A stretch of DNA of 64,000 nt, taken from NCBI GenBank assembly GCA_035528715.1, contig DATKYB010000051.1:50-64049 (forward strand), in the 5' to 3' direction. Every line of letters begins with the position of its first letter. Position 1 is the stretch's first letter. The DNA is from Nitrospinota bacterium (GTDB taxonomy: Bacteria > JADFOP01 > DATKYB01). The notes beneath the pieces were generated by a model, which searched no databases, was not told the DNA's origin, and was given only the letters and a program-made list of their open reading frames with translations. Below are positions 56,140-64,000 of this stretch, piece by piece. A program made the translations under genes and the position numbers.

Positions 56140-57520
56140 TCAGAAGGACGGTCAAGGGGAGGAAAATTACCGAGGACCAAAATACTACTTTTCCTTGGAA
56201 TCTGGTTAAAACAACGGGGCTTATATTCTTTCTTTTTTTTCTGATTGCTATCAGTTCTCCCTCTTCAGCCAACCAGCCTATTGTATTAAGAAAAAGATCT
56301 CCATTCCCTGAGAGCCTAAAATAAGTATTGTTTGCAAAATTTGAGTCTCCAAAAACAACCAGGCTTGCCTTTCGAGTTTTTTTATCATCTTCCCCTTTCG
56401 ATTTGTTTTCAATCGTTACCACCGCAGCAACAGGTATAGGCCCCTTACGATCCTTTTTGTCATCAAAGGCAGGTTTTCCTTCTTCTATACTCTTTTTATC
56501 CGTTTCAGACCAGCTTCCATCACCTGTGGAGACCAGAATTTCTGCTGAGATCCCTTCTTTTATTTCTTTATCTACTTCTACAGAACGAGATACAGGGAAA
56601 AAGGATGCTATGTTAAAATCCTTGGTGATAGGATGATATCTATAGTTTGAAACAACAGGTGTCAGATAATCTGCCCCAAACAAACGACTCAGTACATCAA
56701 CAATAATATCATCCCCTAATATAACACTGTATTTTTTTAAAAACTCTTTAATACGAGAAGAGGTATAAGGATCTATCATGAATAAAACCCTTCCCCCTTT
56801 TTCTATGTAAGTCTCAATCTTCTCTATCTCTGGCTCGAAAAAGTCTTTTTTAGGACCGCTTATAACCAAAAGAGAAGCATCATGAGGCATCTCTTCTCTT
56901 AGAAGGAATAACTCTTTGACATAGTAGTTTTCATCCTCTAAAGCCATTTTTGCAGCACTATAACCATCTTTGCCAAAATCTAATATTTCATTTTCTCCGT
57001 GCCCTTTGACAAAATGGATCGTCTTTTTTTTATCGCTTGTGGCCTTTAAAATAGCATTGGTAATCTTTTCCTCATCTCCCATATAGACCTTTTCTTGTCT
57101 CCCGTTGCTTTCCACGACTATCGTTCCGTAAGAATCAATCTTATATTTATTGGCTTTAACAGGATTTCGATCAGGGTCAATGAATTCAAACTTGAATCGT
57201 TTAGAATGATACACAAACTGATCTAAAAGGTCCCTGATTGAATCTTTATCTCTCTGTCCCTCTTTATAAAAAGCGGTTGCTTTAACATCTTTTTGAAGAG
57301 ACGAGAGGACTTGGCGGGATTGTTGAGACAGTGAGTATCTACTATCTTCTGTTAAATCAATTCTTTTATGATGTCTTACCGAGATAGCCTCGATAAAGAT
57401 AATGATACCCAAAAAGATAAGTATCATCAATAACATATTCACACCGTATCTGGTAGAACGCTTTGTGAGAAAATTTGTCAGTAGGCCCTTTTTGGGATTC
57501 ATATTTTTTAACCCCTCCAT
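56102..57520 (-). CDS. GldG-like ABC-transport auxiliary component
   Basis: N- and C-terminal TM anchors and a large periplasmic domain. Follows the ABC-2 permease. Confidence 0.55.
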   Translation of the reverse strand: MEGLKNMNPKKGLLTNFLTKRSTRYGVNMLLMILIFLGIIIFIEAISVRHHKRIDLTEDSRYSLSQQSRQVLSSLQKDVKATAFYKEGQRDKDSIRDLLDQFVYHSKRFKFEFIDPDRNPVKANKYKIDSYGTIVVESNGRQEKVYMGDEEKITNAILKATSDKKKTIHFVKGHGENEILDFGKDGYSAAKMALEDENYYVKELFLLREEMPHDASLLVISGPKKDFFEPEIEKIETYIEKGGRVLFMIDPYTSSRIKEFLKKYSVILGDDIIVDVLSRLFGADYLTPVVSNYRYHPITKDFNIASFFPVSRSVEVDKEIKEGISAEILVSTGDGSWSETDKKSIEEGKPAFDDKKDRKGPIPVAAVVTIENKSKGEDDKKTRKASLVVFGDSNFANNTYFRLSGNGDLFLNTIGWLAEEGELIAIRKKRKNISPVVLTRFQGKVVFWSSVIFLPLTVLLIGAVVFQKRRKK

Positions 57521-58278
57521 TTTTTAGATTCAAGAGATCTCGAGGTGAGGAAGAGAGAGAAGATAGTGAAATTGATATAGAAAATAATATCCTTGGTATC
57601 GATTATTCCTTTAGAAAAATTCGTAAAATGGTTCATAATAGATAAATGCTCTAAAATTTTTCCAAATGAACTGCCAACAAAACTGGATGCCCAGCCGATT
57701 AGGAAAAGGAAAAAAAGAGTACCGAAAGTGATCGTTGCAGCTATGATTTGGTTCTCAGTCAAGGAGGAGGCCAAGATTCCTAATGAAATAAAGGCAGTCC
57801 CCATAAGAAAAAGACCAAGGTAAATAGAGAGGATTGGGCCAATTTCAGGTTTTGCAAAGAGGATTAATAAAAGAGGATAAAGAGCGGTTGATAATAGCAT
57901 AAAGAAGAAGAGTAAGAGACAAGCAAAGAATTTTCCCAGAATCGCTTCTAAATCTTTAATAGGATAGGTTAATAGCAGTTCAATCGTGCCGCTCTTTTTC
58001 TCTTCGGAAAAGAGCTTCATAGTTAATAGGGGCATCATCAATAAGAGAATGATGCTCATATTTCCATATAAGGGTTTTATCACTCCTTCATTGATATTCA
58101 ATTTTCCTAGTATTGCTGGATTACCCATAGACCGAAGACTTATCAGGCTAAAGAATGCAAAACCGCTATAGAAAAGATAACCTGATATCAAAAGGAATAT
58201 TGTGATTACGATATATGCAATAGGAGAAGAAAAATAAGAAGCTACTTCCTTCTTAAAAATAGGATAGATGTTTCTCAT
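57508..58278 (-). CDS. ABC-2 family transporter permease
   Basis: 256 aa with 6 TM helices. Overlaps the ATPase and GldG-like genes. Confidence 0.75.
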   Translation of the reverse strand: MRNIYPIFKKEVASYFSSPIAYIVITIFLLISGYLFYSGFAFFSLISLRSMGNPAILGKLNINEGVIKPLYGNMSIILLLMMPLLTMKLFSEEKKSGTIELLLTYPIKDLEAILGKFFACLLLFFFMLLSTALYPLLLILFAKPEIGPILSIYLGLFLMGTAFISLGILASSLTENQIIAATITFGTLFFLFLIGWASSFVGSSFGKILEHLSIMNHFTNFSKGIIDTKDIIFYINFTIFSLFLTSRSLESKKWRG

Positions 58279-59225
58279 TAATATTCTCCTTTTTCCTCGG
58301 TAACCAATTTAATGAATATATCTTCGAGACTCATGTCGATAGATTTCATTTCCAAAAGCCCAAAGTTATTCTGAACGATGATCTTAGAGAGGTCTTTTCT
58401 GATATCTAGGTTTTTATCCGATTCTATTAAGTAGCTACTAACATTTTCATGAGGATCTTCTTTTTTAGTGACGCTCAAAACCCCTTTAACATCTTTTAAA
58501 CATTTGATGATATTATCAGGTTGACCTTCAATCGATAGCTCTAATTCCATGGATTTACGGAGTTTCTTATTTAAATTTTCTGGGGTGTCAATTGTTACGA
58601 CCTTACCTTGATTAATAATGATTACTCTCTGGCAAGTCATGCTCACTTCTGGCAGGATATGAGTGCTTAAAATAATTGTCTTTTCACCTGCCATGTTTTT
58701 AATGAGGTTTCTGATCTCTATGATCTGTCTCGGGTCCAAACCAATGGTTGGTTCGTCTAAAATGAGTACTTCCGGATCATTTAATAGTGCCTGAGCCAAA
58801 CCAACCCTTTGGCGATATCCCTTAGATAACTTTCCTATAATTACACGAGAGAATTCTCCAATACCACAATGGTCTATTACTCTTGAGATACTTTTTTTCC
58901 TGTTTCTGAGAGGAACACCTTTTACCTGAGCGACAAAGTTAAGATAACTCGATACAGACATATCAGTATACAATGGTACATTTTCTGGGAGATAACCAAT
59001 CCTTTTTCGGACATTAATAGATTCTTTGAAAACGTCAAAACCAGCAACTTTAGCTGAACCGCTGGTAGCAGGGAAAAAACAGGTTAGTATCCTCATTGTC
59101 GTTGTTTTGCCGGCTGCGTTTGGGCCTAAAAGTCCAAGGATTTCCCCTTTTTCTACTTTAAAGGATATATCTTGTATGGCTGGTTTAGCCCCATAAAATT
59201 TGGTTAAATTTTCTACTTCTATCAT
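58278..59225 (-). CDS. ABC transporter ATP-binding protein
   Basis: Walker A GPNAAGKTT, signature LSKGYRQR, Walker B ILDEPT. Confidence 0.9.
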   Translation of the reverse strand: MIEVENLTKFYGAKPAIQDISFKVEKGEILGLLGPNAAGKTTTMRILTCFFPATSGSAKVAGFDVFKESINVRKRIGYLPENVPLYTDMSVSSYLNFVAQVKGVPLRNRKKSISRVIDHCGIGEFSRVIIGKLSKGYRQRVGLAQALLNDPEVLILDEPTIGLDPRQIIEIRNLIKNMAGEKTIILSTHILPEVSMTCQRVIIINQGKVVTIDTPENLNKKLRKSMELELSIEGQPDNIIKCLKDVKGVLSVTKKEDPHENVSSYLIESDKNLDIRKDLSKIIVQNNFGLLEMKSIDMSLEDIFIKLVTEEKGEY

Positions 59226-59443
59226 TTTTTTTCTTCTTGATTTTTTGTTTTATCTTTGAAACTGATTTCAAGTTTACCATCTATCAATTCTTCCAAAGCC
59301 CTATCTTCAAGGGAGATATCATCATTTTTAATGATATTATTATCTTTTTTTAATTGATGAATCCTTTTTACCACAACATTAATAAAAAGAAATCTATTAG
59401 GAATCTTTTTTATTGCATCAGATAATCTATCTTTTCTCATCAT
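59222..59443 (-). CDS. rpoZ: DNA-directed RNA polymerase subunit omega
   Basis: IPNRFLFINVVVKRIHQL matches the omega core motif GNRF.LV..A.RRARQL. Confidence 0.7.
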   Translation of the reverse strand: MMRKDRLSDAIKKIPNRFLFINVVVKRIHQLKKDNNIIKNDDISLEDRALEELIDGKLEISFKDKTKNQEEKK

Positions 59444-59482
59444 ATTAAACCTTCCTTTTATATCTTTTAATTTCTTCAGCCA

Positions 59483-59890
59483 TTATTGGCTACTCTCTTT
59501 GACGTATCTCATTCTCAGATCGTAAAGGAGACTCTCTATAAGTGATTCTTCCTCTTTATTAAGATTTCCTTTGGTCTTTTCCTGTAGCATTCCAATAATA
59601 TCTATGGTCTGTTTTGCCATGTTTAGATCCTTTTTCTTTTCCTTTGAAACCGGGTCAGGAATATCGCCAAAGTTCAAAAGAACAGAGGTGCTAAGTGACA
59701 AGATAAAGTTGGTAAAATTTACTTCAGGAAGGGGAGGCTTTTCTTTCTGTTCTTCCTCGAATGTTCCCTCTGATTTTTTCTGTTCTTTATCTATGGTTTC
59801 GTCTTTCTTTTTTCTCTCGTTTTCTGAGATTGATTCGAATCTCCGATCGGTTACTTTAAAACCTTTGTCACCATTTTTTTCTTGATTCAT
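59483..59890 (-). CDS. Conserved hypothetical protein (DUF1844-like)
   Basis: 135 aa with a K/E-rich N-terminus and a conserved C-terminal segment. Domain family assignment is tentative. Confidence 0.45.
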   Translation of the reverse strand: MNQEKNGDKGFKVTDRRFESISENERKKKDETIDKEQKKSEGTFEEEQKEKPPLPEVNFTNFILSLSTSVLLNFGDIPDPVSKEKKKDLNMAKQTIDIIGMLQEKTKGNLNKEEESLIESLLYDLRMRYVKESSQ

Positions 59891-59927
59891 AATTTATCCC
59901 TCGAAATAAATTAGACAAAAAAAACTG

Positions 59928-61034
59928 CTAATTGTTCTTAAATCTGGAAAAAAATCCCTTTTCTTCTGTTTTTTTATTCCTTTCCAAACCGTCAAATTCT
60001 CTCAAAAGGTCTTCTTCTTTCCTGGAGAGATTTGTTGGGGTTTTGATAAGAAATTGTATTATCTGATCACCTTTTCCAAAACCTTTCAAATTCTGGATAC
60101 CTCCTCTCTTTAATCTAATCGTTTCTCCGTGCTGGATTCCTTTAGGAATCTTGGCTTTTTTTGGACCATTAAGAGTGGGGACTTCGATTTCATCGCCTAG
60201 GGTTGCCTGAGGAAATGAGATGGTTGCCTGACACAAAATGTCATCTCCCTCCCTATGGAAGAATTCATGAGGCTCTACATTGATACGAATGTATAGATCT
60301 CCTCTCGGTCCTCCTTTCAAACCAGCTTCCCCTTCCCCTTCCAATCTGAGCCTCGCACCAGTATCTACACCTGCGGGAATCTTTACTGTTAAATTCTTTT
60401 TAACCTTTACAAGCCCTCTCCCTTTACATTGTGTACACGGATTCGGTATTGTTGTTCCTTCTCCTCTGCAATGTGGACATGTTCTGCTGATACTAAAGAA
60501 GCCTTGAGAGGTTGTTACATGTCCTCTTCCTCCACAGGTTGGACATCTTTTAGGGGATGTTCCCTTTTTAGCGCCGGAGCCATTACATGTCTTACATTCA
60601 TCATACTTCTCAAAGGCGATCTCGGTTTCCTTTCCAAAAGCAGCTTCTTCAAGAGATATGTTTAGATCATACCTCAGGTCAGCTCCCCTTTGCTCTACTG
60701 ACCTTCGCCTCGTTTCTGTAAAACCACCAAAACCAAAGAAATCTTCAAATATATCACTAAAGCTTGAAAAAATATCTTCAAAACCTTTGAATCCAGTAAA
60801 ACCAGTTCCCCTGAGCCCTTCATGACCATATCTATCATAAATCGTCCTTTTTTCAGGATCTCTAAGTACTTCGTAGGCCTCAGAAGCCTCTTTAAACTTT
60901 TCTTCCGAATTTTTATCCCCAGGGTTTCTATCAGGATGATACTTTAGAGCCATTTTTCTATAGCTCTTTTTAATTTCCTCTCCAGAAGCGTTTCGAGGTA
61001 CTCCTAATACTTCATAATAATCCTTCTTTATCAT
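59928..61034 (-). CDS. dnaJ: Chaperone DnaJ
   Basis: J-domain with HPD, G/F region, and four CxxCxGxG zinc-finger repeats. Confidence 0.9.
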   Translation of the reverse strand: MIKKDYYEVLGVPRNASGEEIKKSYRKMALKYHPDRNPGDKNSEEKFKEASEAYEVLRDPEKRTIYDRYGHEGLRGTGFTGFKGFEDIFSSFSDIFEDFFGFGGFTETRRRSVEQRGADLRYDLNISLEEAAFGKETEIAFEKYDECKTCNGSGAKKGTSPKRCPTCGGRGHVTTSQGFFSISRTCPHCRGEGTTIPNPCTQCKGRGLVKVKKNLTVKIPAGVDTGARLRLEGEGEAGLKGGPRGDLYIRINVEPHEFFHREGDDILCQATISFPQATLGDEIEVPTLNGPKKAKIPKGIQHGETIRLKRGGIQNLKGFGKGDQIIQFLIKTPTNLSRKEEDLLREFDGLERNKKTEEKGFFSRFKNN

Positions 61035-61085
61035 CTTTATCTACCTATTCCTTGGTTTCGCAAATCATCATTTGAGACAAAGTTA

Positions 61086-61721
61086 TCATTGATCCTCTTT
61101 AGAAGTTTTTTGAATGAGCTTTCCAACCCTCACCTTAGCCGGTCTTATTAATAGATCGTTCATCTTATAACCTTTTTGGATTTCCTCTAATACAACATTA
61201 TCATCCTTTTTGTTAGATACCGACAAAACCTCTACTGCTTCTCCAACATTCGGGTCAAATTCTTTACCAATAGTTTCTATAGGTTCTACACCTTCCGTCT
61301 TTAAAAAATTTGAAAATTGGTTATGGATCATCTTAATACCTTCGATAAGGGAGTTAATGTCCCCTGTCTTTTTGGCAGAATCAACAGCTCTATCAAGATT
61401 GTCCATTATCTCAAGGAACTTAGCAATAAATTTAGATTTTTCCCTTTCAACGCTTTTTATAGAATCTTTTTCTAATCGATTCCTGAAATTATCATTTTCT
61501 TTTTGCATTTTCTTAAAGGAATCAATATATTCCCTTAACTTTTTATCTTTGTTTTCAAGCTCTGTTTTTAACTGTTCCACGAAGGTAGGGTGTTTTTCCA
61601 CTGGTTCTTTTGCTTCCTCCTCTCCTTCTCTCTTCTTTGCCCAAAAACGCTTATCACTAACCGAAAATTGAGATTTGTTGTTTTCTTCCTTGATATTTCT
61701 TCTCTCTTTTTTATCTTCCAT
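61086..61721 (-). CDS. grpE: Nucleotide exchange factor GrpE
   Basis: Coiled-coil N-terminus and the GrpE C-terminal beta domain (VGEAVEV...). Confidence 0.85.
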   Translation of the reverse strand: MEDKKERRNIKEENNKSQFSVSDKRFWAKKREGEEEAKEPVEKHPTFVEQLKTELENKDKKLREYIDSFKKMQKENDNFRNRLEKDSIKSVEREKSKFIAKFLEIMDNLDRAVDSAKKTGDINSLIEGIKMIHNQFSNFLKTEGVEPIETIGKEFDPNVGEAVEVLSVSNKKDDNVVLEEIQKGYKMNDLLIRPAKVRVGKLIQKTSKEDQ

Positions 61722-61873
61722 AATCTCTCTCCAGATGAAAAAGCGTATAGTAAAATAAAAAATGACCTTTTTGAATACTAGTTAATATCTTTGCTCCTCA
61801 GTAATATTTTAAGAAGTAAATTATCCAGAAAACATACCAATATCTCTTTAGATAGCCAATGATTCAATTCAAG

Positions 61874-62722
61874 TTAAGACATTCTCTTTAATTTTTCGAC
61901 TCTTTTCTCAATCGGAGGGTGGGTGCTAAAGAGATTCATTAATGATCTCGCAGATAAAGGATTCACGATAAACATATGGGCTGTTGATGGATTTGCTTCC
62001 ATAGGAATCCTTTTCGAGGCATAGCTTAATTTTTCCAATGCATTTGCCAGACCCGCGGGATTTCCAGCTATCCTGGCTCCTGTAGAGTCTGCGAGATACT
62101 CTCTGGACCTCGATATAGCTAATTGAATTAAAGTAGCGGCTAAAGGAGCTAAAATAGCAACAACCAAAAACCCAAAAATCCCTCCATTATTATCATCATC
62201 GCTCCCTCTTCCTATCCCGCCAAAGATCGCTGCCCATCTTGCCCAGGAGGCAATCATCATAATTACCCCTGCCAGAGTAGCTGCAATAGAGCTTATCAGG
62301 ATGTCTCTATTTTTAACATGGGATAATTCATGGGCCAAAACCCCTTCTAATTCTTCCCTGTTTAAAATTCTTTGTATTCCTTGAGTGACCGCTACTGCAG
62401 CATGATTAGGGTTCCTTCCAGTAGCAAAGGCATTCGGGGTTTCAGAGGGGATCGTATAGATTTTTGGTTTGGGTATATTGGCTTTCATAGCCAGCACTGA
62501 TACAATTGAGTGTAATTCTGGTTCTTCGTGAGGAGTGACCTCTTTGGCTCTATACATTTTAAGCACGATTTTATCTGAAAACCAGTAGCTTCCAAAATTC
62601 ATCATCATCGCGAATATAAAGGCAATAATCATTCCCTGTTGACCGCCAAAATACCTCCCTATAACCATTATCAGCGCTGTTAAGCAGATAAGGAGTATAC
62701 CCGTTTTAAAAGTATTGGTCAT
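61874..62722 (-). CDS. htpX: Zinc metalloprotease HtpX (M48)
   Basis: [10 protein letters not shown] HExxH motif and 4 TM helices. Confidence 0.9.
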   Translation of the reverse strand: MTNTFKTGILLICLTALIMVIGRYFGGQQGMIIAFIFAMMMNFGSYWFSDKIVLKMYRAKEVTPHEEPELHSIVSVLAMKANIPKPKIYTIPSETPNAFATGRNPNHAAVAVTQGIQRILNREELEGVLAHELSHVKNRDILISSIAATLAGVIMMIASWARWAAIFGGIGRGSDDDNNGGIFGFLVVAILAPLAATLIQLAISRSREYLADSTGARIAGNPAGLANALEKLSYASKRIPMEANPSTAHMFIVNPLSARSLMNLFSTHPPIEKRVEKLKRMS

Positions 62723-62745
62723 CTAAAACACCTCCAATTTTAAAT

Positions 62746-63849
62746 CTAAACTTTAATATCTTTCCGTGGTTTATGAGGATTTAATCTTTCGAATTCTTTT
62801 AAAAGCTCTTTGGAATTCTCATCTAAATTTTTTGGTATCGAAATCTTCACAGTTATATATTGATCACCTCTTCCACCACCTTTGAGATGAGGGACCCCTT
62901 TACCATACAAGCGAAACTTTTGTCCATTTTGGGTTCCTGGAGGAATTTTCATAAGGCTTTGTCCATCTATTGTGGGAACCTCAATCTTTGCACCAAAAAC
63001 AGCTTCACCAATGGTAATGGGGAGTTCAGTATATATATTATCACCCCTTCTCTCAAAAAGTGGGTGAGGATGGACCTTAGTAATAATATAAAGGTCGCCT
63101 AAACTACCACCATTTATCCCAGGTTCTCCTTTTCCAGCCAGTCTGACCTTTGAACCCGTATCAACACCAGCCGGTATTTTTACCCTTAATCTTTCATTTT
63201 TTAATACAGTGCCTTTGCCATTACAATTTTTGCAGGGTTCCATGTTTAAATATCCCGTGCCAAAGCATCTATTGCACGTTTGACTAAATCTTAGATGGCC
63301 TTTTGAGACATTGATTTGTCCGGAACCCCTGCAATCCGGGCAGGTTGATTTGCTACCACCCTCTTTTAAACCTGAACCACTACATTCAGAACAGCTTGCC
63401 TCTTTGTTTATACTGATATTTGTTGAGATCCCTTTCACAGCATCTATAAAACCGATTTCCATAGAATACTGAAGGTCTTTTCCCTTGGAAGGAGCGCGGG
63501 TTTTCGTTTTGGTCGTGGTTCCGAAAATATCTTCAACTATCGATCCAAATCCTGCAGATGAAAATGGGTTTTTAAAGTCAAAGCCACTGAAATCAAAACC
63601 TCCAAACTCTTGAGCCCATCTTTCACTATGACCGAACTGGTCATACTTCTTCCTCAACTCTTTATTTGACAGTACATGATATGCCTCTGAGATTTTTTTA
63701 AACTTCTCTTCTGCCTCTTTATTGTTTGGGTTAACATCAGGATGGTATTTTCGAGCTAATTTTTTATAAGCCTTTTTGATTTCAGTTTCAGTGGCATTTC
63801 TTTTAACGCCAAGTACTTCATAATAGTCTCTTTTTGTTGTTGTAGCCAT
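62746..63849 (-). CDS. Second full-length DnaJ-family chaperone (J-domain + CxxCxGxG zinc finger)
   Basis: J-domain with HPD, four Cys repeats ([32 protein letters not shown]), and C-terminal substrate-binding domains. Confidence 0.85.
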   Translation of the reverse strand: MATTTKRDYYEVLGVKRNATETEIKKAYKKLARKYHPDVNPNNKEAEEKFKKISEAYHVLSNKELRKKYDQFGHSERWAQEFGGFDFSGFDFKNPFSSAGFGSIVEDIFGTTTKTKTRAPSKGKDLQYSMEIGFIDAVKGISTNISINKEASCSECSGSGLKEGGSKSTCPDCRGSGQINVSKGHLRFSQTCNRCFGTGYLNMEPCKNCNGKGTVLKNERLRVKIPAGVDTGSKVRLAGKGEPGINGGSLGDLYIITKVHPHPLFERRGDNIYTELPITIGEAVFGAKIEVPTIDGQSLMKIPPGTQNGQKFRLYGKGVPHLKGGGRGDQYITVKISIPKNLDENSKELLKEFERLNPHKPRKDIKV

Positions 63850-64000
63850 AAGTTTAAATAAATTTTATTTAAAAGATCTTTTTTTGTTCCTCTGTTTTTA
63901 AAAGCCTTTTATTATTAAGAGGGAAGTCTTATTTTATCTCGACCTCTATTTTTTTCGTTTTTTTAATTTCAGTCTTAGGTAAAATTATTTCTAAAATACC

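Noticed and set aside
61722-61873. Possible CIRCE or sigma32 element upstream of grpE
   Set aside because: No TTAGCACTC-N9-GAGTGCTAA inverted repeat and no CCCCAT -10 found. Only a weak CTTGAAT resemblance.

Overview
The window is a low-GC (~33%) bacterial chromosome segment carrying a complete, high-GC rRNA operon (16S, tRNA-Ile, tRNA-Ala, 23S, 5S) with tandem sigma70 promoters; that GC contrast suggests a thermophile. Positions ~5600-64000 are syntenic housekeeping core genes. In order these are a TPR lipoprotein, ispE, spoVG, tRNA-Gln, prs, rplY/ctc, pth, an H+-pyrophosphatase, ychF, rpsF-ssb-rpsR, a yybS-like gene, rplI, dnaB, alr, mlaEFD, a TatT-type TRAP transporter, tgt-yajC-secDF, speB, a dksA-like gene, anmK, galU, lon, thiL, two CNNM/CBS transporters and tyrS. 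After the rRNA operon come yebC, ruvCAB, queA, hup, an ABC-2 gliding-type exporter operon, rpoZ, dnaJ-grpE-htpX and a second dnaJ-like gene. Positions 1-~5480 are clearly accessory. They hold eight short minus-strand genes with no housekeeping function. Six of them are followed immediately after the stop codon by a GC-rich imperfect palindrome of unique sequence. Each palindrome is bounded by the inverse-core/core signatures of integron attC sites (RYYYAAC ... GTTRRRY, with the stop codon often inside the TAAC) and has unpaired bases in the stem. I read this as an integron-type gene-cassette array, with no integron integrase inside the window (a CALIN-like cluster, or intI lies beyond the left edge). 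A second, sequence-conserved ~50-bp hairpin family occurs in four copies. Its conserved 3' arm is CTTCGTCTATTAATTGTTAG, and the inverse reads TCTAACAATT as in classical attC inverse cores. Each copy sits 15-60 bp upstream of a cassette gene start, and three copies lie in the 5' leader downstream of a strong sigma70 promoter. This could be a conserved resident attC class, a cassette-borne leader or regulatory element, or both. Cassette cargo is an RRM RNA-binding protein, a STAS/DUF3478 protein, an FRG-domain protein, a possible beta-carbonic-anhydrase-like small protein, and membrane and hypothetical proteins. Other notable points are a phased GAAAATYC repeat tract, a palindromic element shared by the two ends of the in-window array, and a large WPFF-repeat protein downstream of mlaD.
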